A stretch of 64,000 nucleotides of DNA from an uncultured Candidatus Saccharibacteria bacterium (GCA_964596595.1 CAZQUI010000001.1:15817-79816); one strand, 5' to 3'; positions 30,319 to 40,778 are shown, numbered from the stretch's first letter. Notes: generated from the letters alone by a model not told the origin. Translations and numbers: made by a program.

Positions 30319-31416
30319 CTAAAATATTTTTTTCTCGATGATTTTTGGTAACTTATCATTTTCAACATATTCTACAGAAAATAATACTCTACCGATAACC
30401 TGACCCCTAACCGTCTCAACGTCTACAGACCAGTCACCTTCCATCAAATTACTTTTAAGAGAGTATCCTCGGTGACCCCTATCAGAACCACCAGAAATAA
30501 CATATGGTATACGACTGACTGAAACCCATCTCTGAATTGATTTATCAAAATATTTCCAATTGTGTACCACTTCAATACTAATACCACGTGGAGCAAAAAT
30601 TGCACTATAAACATATACCGGTTCACCTTCTACAACATGAACATCTTGAAAGATCTTTAGCCAATCAAATTTAGAACGCACCTCTTCTCTGCCAAAATAA
30701 TTATCATCTTGTTTAGAAATATAATGATAAACACCCGCTTGCTTAAGCGACAATGGTATCGGTGGAATAAGATTTAAAAAATAAAGAATATTAATCAATA
30801 AAAACACAGTACCGATAGAATAAACTAAAGGCTTGGTACTTTCTCTGACTCTTATTGGTATCGATAAAAATAAAACGTAAATAAAAATTGCCGTTATAAC
30901 TAAAGCAGCTATTCCACTTAAAATAAATACCCACGCACCCATCCGAGAAATTAATACTGGAATAAAGAATATTGTAAAGAAAAAAAGCGCTGTAAAAAAT
31001 GTTGTGACTTGAAAAACTAAACGAACATAGTGTTTTCGTAAAAATTCGTTACCCAAAAGCAGTCCGACAAGCAGTATAATAAAAGGCCAACTAGCAGACA
31101 AAGAACCGCTACGAAAATAAAATATTACAAAACCACTAAACAATCCACCAAAAGCAAACTGAATAATTATCGGTAATATATGAGGTAAATTTTCAGCAAA
31201 TGGACCTCGATACATTCGAGAATCAGAAAGATTAAGTAAAAATATACCAACAGCAATTAGTAGAAAATAACCAATTAATACAATATTTTCAAAAGGTAAA
31301 TCAACTCGACGCAAAGTAAAAGCGTCGACCACAAATCCTCCCAAAAGCGCCGCTGAGGAAAGATGCGACTCGTGTTTTTTTAGCCAATTTTTAACCTCAT
31401 CAAAATATTTTTTCAC
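30319..31416 (-). CDS. Membrane protein with probable DUF2914 C-terminal domain
   Basis: N-terminal TMs; C-terminal AIFAP, H.W, RGYS.K, G.W.V.VET..G. Confidence 0.75.
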   Translation of the reverse strand: MKKYFDEVKNWLKKHESHLSSAALLGGFVVDAFTLRRVDLPFENIVLIGYFLLIAVGIFLLNLSDSRMYRGPFAENLPHILPIIIQFAFGGLFSGFVIFYFRSGSLSASWPFIILLVGLLLGNEFLRKHYVRLVFQVTTFFTALFFFTIFFIPVLISRMGAWVFILSGIAALVITAIFIYVLFLSIPIRVRESTKPLVYSIGTVFLLINILYFLNLIPPIPLSLKQAGVYHYISKQDDNYFGREEVRSKFDWLKIFQDVHVVEGEPVYVYSAIFAPRGISIEVVHNWKYFDKSIQRWVSVSRIPYVISGGSDRGHRGYSLKSNLMEGDWSVDVETVRGQVIGRVLFSVEYVENDKLPKIIEKKIF

Positions 31417-31441
31417 TCTCTAAGAATAGCAGAAACGGGTA

Positions 31442-32392
31442 CTACAATGCATCTACCGCATCCTCGAAAAGATTCTCTGCTTCTTTTGCTAATTTTTCAG
31501 CCTTATCATAATTTTCATCGTCATATTCTTCACGAGCATCATCGTATTTATTTTTTGCTTTATCGTATAAATTTCTAGAGTCGTCGGTATCATCGTCATT
31601 ATCCTCAGCCTTATTGATAGCCTTACGAGCATCACTCATTGCATCTTTTGCATCATTTATTGCATCTAAAGCATCTTCATTGCTACCACTAATATCTTTT
31701 ATAGAATCTTTGACATAATCTTTTGACTTATTTATTAATTCTTCAGATTTATCATATTCAGCATCAAAATAAGCATAGACTGCATCTAGAAATTTATCTT
31801 CTGCACGAGTAATCATTTTTTCTGGTTGAGCAATGTCTTTTCCATCATCTTTTGCATTATCGATATCTCTTTTTGCTGATTTGATTGCATCACGAACTTC
31901 TTTAATCAACTTCTTGAGTTTTTTATCTTTTGAACTTTCATTTGTAGAAACATTTGTACTTACAGATGCTGTTGGTACAGGATTTATTGGGATCATTGTG
32001 ACATTTGATGGGACTACAACTGGAGGTTGTGTGGTCGCACCAGAACCAGACGAAGCCGCAAATTCGGCTTCATAAGTACTTCTAGAAAGTGGTCCAAAAT
32101 AACCCGTAGCTGGTAGAATATTTTTTGCAATCTGCCATTTTACTAAAGCCTCTTTTGTTTTTTCACGAAACGTATCAGTCTCTTTACCTGGAGAACCTAC
32201 ACCTTCATTGGAGATAGTAAATCCAGAAGAATTTAGAAACTTTTGAAGACATCGTACTTCTTCTCCAGTAGAACCAATCTCTAAGTATCCATTAAAATTA
32301 CATTTTTCTTTAGCATCAACTGAGACTGGAACAATAAAAAAACTAGTGACAACGAGAGCGGCTGTAAAGCCAGATAAATATATATTTTTCAT
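31442..32392 (-). CDS. Secreted peptidoglycan-binding protein with acidic coiled-coil tail
   Basis: Signal peptide from MKNIY; L..GS.G.EV..LQKFLN and TGYFGPLSR. Confidence 0.8.
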   Translation of the reverse strand: MKNIYLSGFTAALVVTSFFIVPVSVDAKEKCNFNGYLEIGSTGEEVRCLQKFLNSSGFTISNEGVGSPGKETDTFREKTKEALVKWQIAKNILPATGYFGPLSRSTYEAEFAASSGSGATTQPPVVVPSNVTMIPINPVPTASVSTNVSTNESSKDKKLKKLIKEVRDAIKSAKRDIDNAKDDGKDIAQPEKMITRAEDKFLDAVYAYFDAEYDKSEELINKSKDYVKDSIKDISGSNEDALDAINDAKDAMSDARKAINKAEDNDDDTDDSRNLYDKAKNKYDDAREEYDDENYDKAEKLAKEAENLFEDAVDAL

Positions 32393-32438
32393 ACCCCGTA
32401 GTATATCAAATCTAAATTTTGAACAAAACCCAGATATT

Positions 32439-32663
32439 CTAGTTATTGAACAAACCTCTATCCCGTTCTTCCAACATATCCCTAGCATTTTGTGCCCTAT
32501 CAATTGGACTAACCAGATTTTGATCTGATTCAATATTTTGATTTTTTGGATCACCTTTACTGGCAATATTTGTATATTGCTGAACCATTAAAAATATAAT
32601 GATGATAATTCCAATAAACAAAAATAAGATCGCAATATAACCTCTCGAGAATTTGCTATTCAT
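32439..32663 (-). CDS. Small single-TM protein (pilin-like N-terminus)
   Basis: SRG followed by hydrophobic helix; lacks Glu5. Confidence 0.55.
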   Translation of the reverse strand: MNSKFSRGYIAILFLFIGIIIIIFLMVQQYTNIASKGDPKNQNIESDQNLVSPIDRAQNARDMLEERDRGLFNN

Positions 32664-32684
32664 TTAAATATAATATCACGCAAT

Positions 32685-33188
32685 TTATTTTTGACTTAAA
32701 GATATTTTAAATACTTCACTTAAAGAAAGCAGAATTCCTGCAATCAAAATAAAAATACCGAGACTGTAGATAATATTTGAAATCAAAGAGGTGTATTTTA
32801 AAAGATGAGTAGTGGAAAGCAACCAATTCCAATCATGAATAACACCATCCCCTCCCAATAATTGTAAACGTTGAAAAACAGCATCTCCAGCATACCGAGA
32901 AACTTCTACAAAATTTTGTCCTACCCACATCGATACAATTCCTCCAGAAAAAATATCTCTCTGTAGAAAAAAATATCCAGCAAAAATTATTGGAATTAAT
33001 ATCTGAGTCAAAGAACCGCCCAATACATGCATAAACTCACCCAAAAACATAAAAATAAAATGCCCGGCTTCGTGAATAACCAGATTCACGCTACCAATGA
33101 TATGAAAATTTTCGGGAGTTCGAATGCAGTATATGAAATAAAAGCCCACTAAAGCCAAGAAAATTGACTTACTATTTTTTGAATACAT
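32685..33188 (-). CDS. Membrane protein with HExxH motif (M50-like)
   Basis: VIHEAGH in TM context, HDW motif. Confidence 0.7.
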   Translation of the reverse strand: MYSKNSKSIFLALVGFYFIYCIRTPENFHIIGSVNLVIHEAGHFIFMFLGEFMHVLGGSLTQILIPIIFAGYFFLQRDIFSGGIVSMWVGQNFVEVSRYAGDAVFQRLQLLGGDGVIHDWNWLLSTTHLLKYTSLISNIIYSLGIFILIAGILLSLSEVFKISLSQK

Positions 33189-33364
33189 GCAACAATTATA
33201 TATTAATTGCAATTAGAAAACTGTTAGCTAAAAATTAATTTTTTAGAAAAATCTTAAAATAGTGCCGTCGTAGAGGATGTTATTTATTCTGAGCTTGTCG
33301 AGGAAGAACTGTGTTTGAGAAAAGGAATGATGCGACGATTTATATTCCTAGATTTATCAAATGA

Positions 33365-33577
33365 CTATAAATTTAAATAAATGTATCTCAACGCAAGTGT
33401 AAGAAAAAAAGCGCCAACTGGTACGACAAAAAGCCACGTAGCAAGACGCCGCATTTTCTTTTTTTGTTCAACTTCTTTTTGAAGATACGAAGCGATCAAA
33501 CACCCAACTGATACAGGAACTCCAACAGCCATTGCTAATGCAATAACAGAAGTGAGAATTGTAAATAAAGCACTCAT
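33365..33577 (-). CDS. Small 2-TM hypothetical protein
   Basis: 70-aa ORF with two hydrophobic helices, between junction repeats. Confidence 0.65.
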   Translation of the reverse strand: MSALFTILTSVIALAMAVGVPVSVGCLIASYLQKEVEQKKKMRRLATWLFVVPVGAFFLTLALRYIYLNL

Positions 33578-33645
33578 AACAAAACTATATCAAGTTGGAA
33601 CTAAAAAGTCACTGTCCTGATTCGTACTTTAGAAATCTTAAAATA

Positions 33646-33764
33646 GGTACCTAATGGGATTCGAAGCTTACAGCTTCAGTACACCTTTCGTCCCGATGTG
33701 CATCGGGATACTCAAGGTCTTCGAATCCCATCCGCAAGGTGCGCAGGCACCTTGCTTAGTCACC
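33646..33764 (-). repeat. tRNA-His 3'-end-derived structured element
   Basis: 19/20 copy of tRNA-His 3' end at 33646-33665 plus internal inverted copy (TTCGAATCCCAT, 33720-33731); scaffold homologous to 46051-46182. Confidence 0.85.
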
Positions 33765-33807
33765 CCTACGCAAAAATTCCCATGCTGGAATTTTGCTACG
33801 GGGTGAG

Positions 33808-33879
33808 GTCGTAGAGGATGTTAGAACTGTTTTTGAAAAGTTAAATGATCCGACAATTCATATTCCAAATCTAAACTAA
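33808..33879 (+). repeat. Junction repeat (second copy 33267-33355); possible recombinase C-terminal/att remnant
   Basis: GTCGTAGAGGATGTT AGAACTGT.TTTGA.AA...AATGAT.CGAC.ATT.ATATTCC in two copies; reads VVEDVRTVFEK.ND.TI.IP. Confidence 0.7.
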
Positions 33880-34979
33880 ACAGAACCGCTCATTATCTTT
33901 TGCTTTTCTTCATCCTTAATTTGTAGGCTTGAAAATATAGATTGGTTGAATTCGTCGTCATTGTTAATGATCTCAATATTATTTTGATTTTTTTCAGCTT
34001 TTTCAAATAAATCTAGATTTGGTGCAATTAAATCAGTTAACATTTTAAAATGCATATCTATGGAAAAAATATGTCTAGCTTTACCATCTTCATTTGTATA
34101 TTTGGATTGATAAATGTATAGAAGTGTCCCAATCGCTTTTTTACAAAACACTGTTTCATTCTTATTTAGCCTAAGTTTATTATGTACAATATCGCCTCTA
34201 ACATTATAAACAAATGAAATATTATCCCTGACAATAGACAAATCCCTCTCCTTAAAAGGATAAACTTTCTCGCTGATATGGTCTCTGATTTTTCGTAAAA
34301 ATTTACTATCCGGTGGCTTCTGCCCCGGTTCTAACTTGTAATAAATAAAATAATTTTCAAGTGAGGTTATTACCTTGCGAATACATTCATCCAAATTAAA
34401 ATAAAAATACTCAGACATAGCATCAATCAAATCTCTTACGAAAACAACATTTATTTCCTCTGGAATATTCTCGAGATTCGGCAAGGTTAACGGCCAAAGA
34501 ACAGCACATGGACTTTTTTTATCATCAAAGACAAACAGATCATGAACATCAAAAATAGATATATTCCTTAAAATTAAATGACCCTCCCTATATCTTAAGT
34601 TAGAAATTCGGTCATTTATATACGGTAGGGTGTCTTTAACGAAACCGACTATATATTGTGAGGGATTTCTTTGAATCAAATCCTTGTCCGTTTCTCTATT
34701 CCGTCTAAAATCTGAGAAATGCTTCTGAAGATCAAATAACAGCTTGCTTGAAATCATTCTATTAAAAAGTACAGTAACGTTTGACCCTTGCTGTTTAACT
34801 TTGAAGTATTTTGTATCAAAGTTAAAGTTTTGAACTCTTGATGGAATAGTAAAAGAATATCGAATTACCACTCGAACTTTATTAGCGTCCGTATAATATT
34901 CATGCCAACTGGCAATAGGGCTTTTATTGTTTCTACTTACATTCAGTTTTCTTAAAATTTTATTTATAAACCCTAACAT
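33876..34979 (-). CDS. Hypothetical protein with C-terminal HEPN-like RxxxxH motif
   Basis: ITSLE...YNVRGDIVH; start moved to ATG 34979 because the longer ORF runs through tRNA-His. Confidence 0.6.
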   Translation of the reverse strand: MLGFINKILRKLNVSRNNKSPIASWHEYYTDANKVRVVIRYSFTIPSRVQNFNFDTKYFKVKQQGSNVTVLFNRMISSKLLFDLQKHFSDFRRNRETDKDLIQRNPSQYIVGFVKDTLPYINDRISNLRYREGHLILRNISIFDVHDLFVFDDKKSPCAVLWPLTLPNLENIPEEINVVFVRDLIDAMSEYFYFNLDECIRKVITSLENYFIYYKLEPGQKPPDSKFLRKIRDHISEKVYPFKERDLSIVRDNISFVYNVRGDIVHNKLRLNKNETVFCKKAIGTLLYIYQSKYTNEDGKARHIFSIDMHFKMLTDLIAPNLDLFEKAEKNQNNIEIINNDDEFNQSIFSSLQIKDEEKQKIMSGSV

Positions 34980-35047
34980 CTTTATATACTTGGTTAGAAC
35001 TGATTTTACCAAGCTGGCAAAAGCTATTTTCGTAAAATCTAATTTTG

Positions 35048-35120
35048 GGTGCCTAATGGGATTCGAACCCATGCTGCGGCTTTCACAGAGCCGAGTGCTA
35101 ACCATTACACCATAGGCACC
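35048..35120 (-). tRNA. tRNA-His(GTG)
   Basis: G-1 plus GTGCCTA/TAGGCAC acceptor, CGGCT-CTGTGAA-AGCCG anticodon arm, GGTTCGAATCC. Confidence 0.95.
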
Positions 35121-35220
35121 ATATATCTTTAGATTCAAGACAGTAAATCTAAATTTCAGACTCTATTTTATCTGAGCCTGATATGCTCATTTATAACAGA
35201 TTTATGCTATAAGTACAGCT

Positions 35221-35748
35221 ATGAATAAGTCGCTTCCCTCTTCTTTTTTCAACAGATCAACTCTAACTGTAGCTCGCGAACTTATTGGTTGCTATTTAGT
35301 ACGTGAACAAAAAGGAAAAATTGAACGATACATGATCACGGAAACAGAAGCATATGATGGTCCAAAAGATCTTGCTTCCCACGCTTCGAAAGGTCGAACA
35401 AAAAGAACCGAAATAATGTTTGGCCATCCTGGTAATATTTATATCTATCTCGTCTATGGAATGCACTGGATGTTCAACATTGTAACTGGACCAAAAGATT
35501 ATCCTGCAGCTGTCCTTATTCGTGGTCTCGAAGGCCTAAAGGGTCCAGGAATTTTGACAAAAAAGCTCAATATTACTGGAAAAATTAATAATAAAATTCT
35601 TTCACCGAAAAATAAAATCTGGATTGAAAGACCGGAAACACTTACTCGACCCCACAAAATAAAAAGAACTCCCCGTATTGGTGTAGACTATTCGGGACCA
35701 ATCTGGAGTAAGAAAAAATGGCGATTCATCTTAATAAAAAATGATTGA
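35221..35748 (+). CDS. mpg: 3-methyladenine DNA glycosylase (MPG/AAG)
   Basis: ITETEAY, YIYLVYGMH, AVLIR, GPG, PRIGV. Confidence 0.93.
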   Translation: MNKSLPSSFFNRSTLTVARELIGCYLVREQKGKIERYMITETEAYDGPKDLASHASKGRTKRTEIMFGHPGNIYIYLVYGMHWMFNIVTGPKDYPAAVLIRGLEGLKGPGILTKKLNITGKINNKILSPKNKIWIERPETLTRPHKIKRTPRIGVDYSGPIWSKKKWRFILIKND

Positions 35749-35781
35749 AAAAATGACACATTTCCGTTATAGTGCAACCAC

Positions 35782-35865
35782 GCACGGGTGGCGAAATTGG
35801 TAGACGCACTACCTTGAGGTGGTAGCGCCCATTAGGGCATGGAGGTTCGAGTCCTCTCCCGTGCA
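35782..35865 (+). tRNA. tRNA-Leu(GAG)
   Basis: GCACGGG/CCCGTGC acceptor, CTACC-TTGAGGT-GGTAG, long variable arm. Confidence 0.95.
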
Positions 35866-35899
35866 CAGAACGAACGAATTTATTTCAAAGGTTCGATAT

Positions 35900-35927
35900 A
35901 AAATAAACCGCTTATCGCGGTTTATTT
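35900..35927. terminator. Bidirectional terminator
   Basis: AAAATAAACCGC TTATC GCGGTTTATTTT. Confidence 0.7.
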
Positions 35928-36355
35928 TATGCTGTCTTTAATTCTTCTTTTGGAGCTTCTGCAGGTGTCGCTGCTGGAGCTTCTTCTTCTGCATAAGAAG
36001 CATTCATAGTACGTCTCATCTTATTGCGAATTTCCTTTGCAGCCTTACGACGAATAAAATAGAGTTTTGCACGACGAACTTTTGCACGACGAACCATTTC
36101 AATCTCATCGATCATAGGAGAATATAGTGGGAAGATACGTTCTACACCAATACCATCTATAACTTTACGAACAGTAAAAGTTGCCCCTGCTTCACTGCCG
36201 TGTTTACGAGCCATTACGATACCCTCAAATGCTTGAAGACGAAACTTGCCTTTTGCTTCTTCGATTTTTTGCCAAACACGAATAGTATCGCCCGGACGAA
36301 TGTCCAGTTTTTTCCTAAATTCAACGTTGGCCGGAGAAATAATTGCTGTTGCCAT
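35927..36355 (-). CDS. rplS: 50S ribosomal protein L19
   Basis: PGDT.RV, R.Q.FEG, FTVRK, GVER.FP, VRRAKLY. Confidence 0.97.
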   Translation of the reverse strand: MATAIISPANVEFRKKLDIRPGDTIRVWQKIEEAKGKFRLQAFEGIVMARKHGSEAGATFTVRKVIDGIGVERIFPLYSPMIDEIEMVRRAKVRRAKLYFIRRKAAKEIRNKMRRTMNASYAEEEAPAATPAEAPKEELKTA

Positions 36356-36431
36356 TAGGACAATACCTTAACACAAGCTATATTTTTATTCAAGACACCA
36401 AAAAACATGCTACAATTAAACAGATAAATTT

Positions 36432-37952
36432 ATGAAAAAAACAAAAAATTTCTTCTTCAAACACCCAGTAATATACTCCCTAATTATAGTAATAATTTTG
36501 GGCATTATCGGCTTTACAACATTTAGCAAAAACACTGGCGAAGTGGCAACAATAATCGTAAATAAAGGTCAATTTAAACGCCAAGTATCCGTTTCTGGAA
36601 AAGTAGTAGCGGCCCAAAGTGCAGATCTCGGATTTGAACAAGGCGGACGATTAGGTTCAATCCAATCCCCTGTTGGTACTTTTGTTAAAAAAGGATCAAT
36701 CATAGCAAGTTTAGAAAATGGAGATATTCGAGCTGAATTACTCCAAAAAGAAGCTGCGCTAGAGCGTGAACAGGCAAAACTAAACTCACTAATCCAAGGC
36801 ACCAGACCAGAACAATTAACCATAGATAAACAAGCTTACCGAGACGCCACCAGTGCACTCATAACCGCAATTCGTTCAACCATCCTCGATACAGAATTGG
36901 CTCTACTTTCAGACATAGATAGCAACTTCTTTGAAAATGGATCCAGTGTAAATCCTAACTTCCTTATTACACTCTCATCATATGCAGAAGAAAAATCAAT
37001 CGAAAATAAAAGAGCTGCTATCAGTGAAAAAATAGCCTTTCTAAAAAACAACTTAACAAAAATTACCGAACCATATACAAACTCTTCAATTCAATCTATA
37101 AATGACGAAGGCTTGACCGTAATCACATCTATAAATAACTTTATCGACGATTTATCCCGAATAATAGACAACAAAAACCTTTCGCAAACAGAAAAAGATT
37201 CTTATCAAACTACAATCAATAGTGCTGCCCAGACAATTGCAACAACTCTAAAAACATTCCAAACAGCAAATGCAAATTGGAGTAGTAAAAGAGATTCACT
37301 TAGTCTTTCTGAGGCTGGCACAAACTCTTTAGATATAAACGCTCAGATGGCCAACGTCAAAGCGAGTCGTGCCGATGTTGAAAGTGCCCAAGCTAAACTA
37401 AGAAAGACCCTGATAATCGCACCTTTTGATGGAACAGTCACTCGAATGAATATAAAAGTTGGAGAAATAATTTCCTCAAATTCAGCAGAAATATCTCTCA
37501 TGAGTACAAACTCATTTAATATCGAAAGTTATGTCCCTGAAATTCACATAGCAAATATTCAACTAGGAAATAAAGCTTCTGTTACATTGGATGCTTACGA
37601 AAACGAATCTCCTTTCGAAGCTAGAGTTACCATCATCGATCCGGCTGAAACAATAAAAGACGGTGTTTCTACCTACAAAGTAACTTTGGCCTTTACTCAA
37701 AATGATCCTCGTATAAAATCAGGAATGACCGGAAGTATTTCTATAGTTACTCTAGAAAAAGAAAACAGTATTGTAGTGCCGCAAAGTTCTATATCAAAAC
37801 GTGATGGCAAAGCTTTCGTATACAAAATAAACCAAGGTGTATTAACGGAAACAGAGGTCGAACTTGGTAGTTCTACATCGCTTGGTCAAGTCGAAATAGT
37901 TAACGGACTTTCTCAAGGTGATGAAATTGCTGTCACTGCCCCTACAAAATAA
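36432..37952 (+). CDS. Efflux RND/MacA-type membrane fusion protein
   Basis: N-terminal TM, lipoyl halves (V.KG..IA.L; I.APFDG.V), long coiled coil, GL..GD. Confidence 0.88.
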   Translation: MKKTKNFFFKHPVIYSLIIVIILGIIGFTTFSKNTGEVATIIVNKGQFKRQVSVSGKVVAAQSADLGFEQGGRLGSIQSPVGTFVKKGSIIASLENGDIRAELLQKEAALEREQAKLNSLIQGTRPEQLTIDKQAYRDATSALITAIRSTILDTELALLSDIDSNFFENGSSVNPNFLITLSSYAEEKSIENKRAAISEKIAFLKNNLTKITEPYTNSSIQSINDEGLTVITSINNFIDDLSRIIDNKNLSQTEKDSYQTTINSAAQTIATTLKTFQTANANWSSKRDSLSLSEAGTNSLDINAQMANVKASRADVESAQAKLRKTLIIAPFDGTVTRMNIKVGEIISSNSAEISLMSTNSFNIESYVPEIHIANIQLGNKASVTLDAYENESPFEARVTIIDPAETIKDGVSTYKVTLAFTQNDPRIKSGMTGSISIVTLEKENSIVVPQSSISKRDGKAFVYKINQGVLTETEVELGSSTSLGQVEIVNGLSQGDEIAVTAPTK

Positions 37953-37954
37953 TC

Positions 37955-39211
37955 ATGTTTTCAGCACTAAATTTTCGAATCGCTTTTTTCTTGGCGTTAC
38001 GTCAACTACGACGCTCCAGCAAATGGACAAATGGTCTCATTATTTTCGTAATGATCTTAACATTTCTAAACCTCGTAATTGTCTCCGGAATACTAGTAGG
38101 ATTGATACAAGGTGCAATAGAAGCCGTGAGAGCACAGTACACAAGTGATGTAATCGTCTCAAACCTAAAAACAAAAACCTATATCGAATATAGTCCAGAA
38201 ATTATAAAAACGATCAACTCCCTACCTCAAGTAAAAGCAATCACTTCACGTTACGTTAGCGGAGGTACACTTGAGGCAAATTATAAATCACGCACTGATC
38301 CCGACGAAAAACCAAACACTGCCAGTAGTCAGATAGTAGGTATTGACCCCGTAGCTGAAAATGCCGTTACCGGATTGGCAAACTGGGTTATTGAAGGTCA
38401 ATATTTGGAACCAGGAGACTATGATCAAATATTACTTGGTTCATATTTATTAAAAAAATACGTACCTGTAGATAGTCCAGGTTTTAGCGCTTTGGATAAT
38501 GTTGGTCCTGGCTCAAAAATAAGGTTAACCATTGGCGATGTTGAACGCGAAGTTACAGTCAAAGGCATAATAAAAACTAAAGTTGATGAAGTTAGTTTTC
38601 GTGCCTATATGGTAGAAAATCAACTTCGAAGCATGATCGGTCGGAACGACTTCAACGTAGATGAAATCTCAATTCAATTAAAACCAGGCTCAGATCCAGC
38701 TGAGGTACGAGATACATTAATCCAAAATGGAGTAGACAAATTTGCCAAAGTTCAAACTTCAGCTGATGCTCAACCAAAATTTATTAAAGATATCAAAGAT
38801 ACATTTGCTCTTCTGGGAAACATGATTAGCTCTATTGGTCTAGTTGTAGCTTCAATTACAATATTTATTGTTATATTCATAAATGCTCTTACCCGTCGCA
38901 AATTCATAGGTATTCTAAAAGGTATCGGCATTAGTGGTCATGCCATAGAACTTTCATACGTAATGCAATCGATCTTTTACGCTGTAATTGGATCAGCAAT
39001 TGGTTTTGTTCTTCTTTACGCTTTTCTCCAACCATTTGTTGCTCGACACCCAATAAACTTCCCTTTTAGTGATGGTATCCTTGTTGCTCCCTTAACCGGA
39101 ACACTGTTACGTATTAGTCTTCTGGTGATCGCAACAATAATTGCCGGTTATATTCCAGCCCGAATGATTGTAAGAAAAAATACTCTTGATTCGATACTCG
39201 GAAGAAAGTAA
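37955..39211 (+). CDS. MacB/FtsX-like ABC transporter permease
   Basis: TM, periplasmic domain, then 3 TM; RRK.IGILK.IG, YIPAR. Confidence 0.9.
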   Translation: MFSALNFRIAFFLALRQLRRSSKWTNGLIIFVMILTFLNLVIVSGILVGLIQGAIEAVRAQYTSDVIVSNLKTKTYIEYSPEIIKTINSLPQVKAITSRYVSGGTLEANYKSRTDPDEKPNTASSQIVGIDPVAENAVTGLANWVIEGQYLEPGDYDQILLGSYLLKKYVPVDSPGFSALDNVGPGSKIRLTIGDVEREVTVKGIIKTKVDEVSFRAYMVENQLRSMIGRNDFNVDEISIQLKPGSDPAEVRDTLIQNGVDKFAKVQTSADAQPKFIKDIKDTFALLGNMISSIGLVVASITIFIVIFINALTRRKFIGILKGIGISGHAIELSYVMQSIFYAVIGSAIGFVLLYAFLQPFVARHPINFPFSDGILVAPLTGTLLRISLLVIATIIAGYIPARMIVRKNTLDSILGRK

Positions 39212-39228
39212 TCAAATAATACAAAAAC

Positions 39229-39906
39229 ATGATTGAAGTTAAAAATTTACACAAAACATTTATGAATGGACAGGTCGAAACATCTGTCCTCAAAGGTTTG
39301 GACTTCAAAATAGAAGAGGGTGAATTTATTGCTATCATGGGACGATCTGGTGCTGGTAAAAGTACTTTTATGTACCAAATAAGTCTTTTAGATGAACCGA
39401 CGCGTGGAGAAATAATCATCGACGGAATAAATACTCAAACCATGAGCACCGAACAAAAAACATCCTTTCGTCTTGCTCGTCTCGGCTATGTTTTTCAAGA
39501 TTACGCTTTGATCCCAGAGCTTACTGCAATAGAAAATGTATCCTTACCACTTCTCATGCAGAATATTCCCAAAGAAAAAGCTATGCTTATAGCTAAAAAT
39601 GCCTTGAAAACCGTCGGACTTGGTGAACACATCAACCAACTTCCGAGCCAACTATCTGGAGGTGAACAACAGCGTGTCAGTATCTCTCGAGCAATAGCCC
39701 ATGAACCTGACATACTATTTGCCGATGAACCAACTGCCAACCTCGACAATGAATCATCGAAAGTAATTATGGATATATTCAAAAAACTTCACAAAGAAGG
39801 TCAGACTATAATCATGGTGACCCACGAGGAACAATACGGAGAAATGGCTGAAAAAATAGTTTACTTAGATGATGGAAAAATCGTGAAAGTGAAAAAGAAC
39901 AATTAA
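39229..39906 (+). CDS. ABC transporter ATP-binding protein (LolD/MacB-like)
   Basis: [30 protein letters not shown]. Confidence 0.95.
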   Translation: MIEVKNLHKTFMNGQVETSVLKGLDFKIEEGEFIAIMGRSGAGKSTFMYQISLLDEPTRGEIIIDGINTQTMSTEQKTSFRLARLGYVFQDYALIPELTAIENVSLPLLMQNIPKEKAMLIAKNALKTVGLGEHINQLPSQLSGGEQQRVSISRAIAHEPDILFADEPTANLDNESSKVIMDIFKKLHKEGQTIIMVTHEEQYGEMAEKIVYLDDGKIVKVKKNN

Positions 39907-40704
39907 CTATTTCAGCACAATTCCCAAATCCTTCACCGCATTTTCAAAATCTTTTGGTAAAGGTGCCTGAATCTTTATTCTTTTACCTTCCAAACTATCG
40001 AACTCCAAGACTCTAGAATGAAGAGCTAATCTATCAAACCCTAAAACAAAAGGTCGTTTTGGAGCATATAGATTATCCCCAACCACAGGATGATTGATAG
40101 CATTAAAATGAACACGAATTTGATGTGTTCGACCTGTTTTTGGTTCTGCTTCAAGTAAAGAAAATTTATTGGCTATACCCTCTCTAACATTCTTACCAGC
40201 AATATCTTTTTCAAAAGTTGGAGAAATTCCAGTCCACAACCTCGTCCAATAAGTTTCAGCTTCTCTTATCTCACCACGTGTACCTCGCTGAGCAGACCAT
40301 TTTCGAAAATCATTACCACTACGACCAATTGGACGATTGATTGTTCCAAAGTCTTCTTTTATATCACCCCAAACAAAAGCCAGATACTTTTTTAAAATTG
40401 TTCTTTCTTGAAATTGATTTTTTAATGACAAATAACCTTCTTGAGTCTTCGCAACAATCAAAGCTCCGGAAGTTTCACGATCCAATCTGTGCACGATTCC
40501 AGATCGGTTAATATCTTCGCCTTTCTCGGTTCGTCCTGGTTCTCCGACTCCAGTAATATTTGGAAACTTATTAGTTATCCAATCAGTCAAAAAAGGACCA
40601 TCGTTTCGACCATCAGAATGAACCATTAGACCAGCTGGCTTAGAAACCACCAGACAATTATCATCTTCATATAAAACCTCAATTTCTGGTACTTTGTTGC
40701 TCAT
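39907..40704 (-). CDS. RluA-family pseudouridine synthase
   Basis: KPAGLMVH, HRLDRETSG, TGRTHQIRVH, GD.LY; start at MSNKV because the longer ORF crosses tRNAs. Confidence 0.93.
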   Translation of the reverse strand: MSNKVPEIEVLYEDDNCLVVSKPAGLMVHSDGRNDGPFLTDWITNKFPNITGVGEPGRTEKGEDINRSGIVHRLDRETSGALIVAKTQEGYLSLKNQFQERTILKKYLAFVWGDIKEDFGTINRPIGRSGNDFRKWSAQRGTRGEIREAETYWTRLWTGISPTFEKDIAGKNVREGIANKFSLLEAEPKTGRTHQIRVHFNAINHPVVGDNLYAPKRPFVLGFDRLALHSRVLEFDSLEGKRIKIQAPLPKDFENAVKDLGIVLK

Positions 40705-40778
40705 ATTATGAATATACGCTAATCTATGAACTAGTGCAAAATAAAGCTTATGTCTTATTTTACATTTTAAATTACTAC

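Noticed and set aside
34980-35138. N-terminal extension of the 420-aa ORF
   Set aside because: Runs through tRNA-His; ATG at 34979 is more plausible
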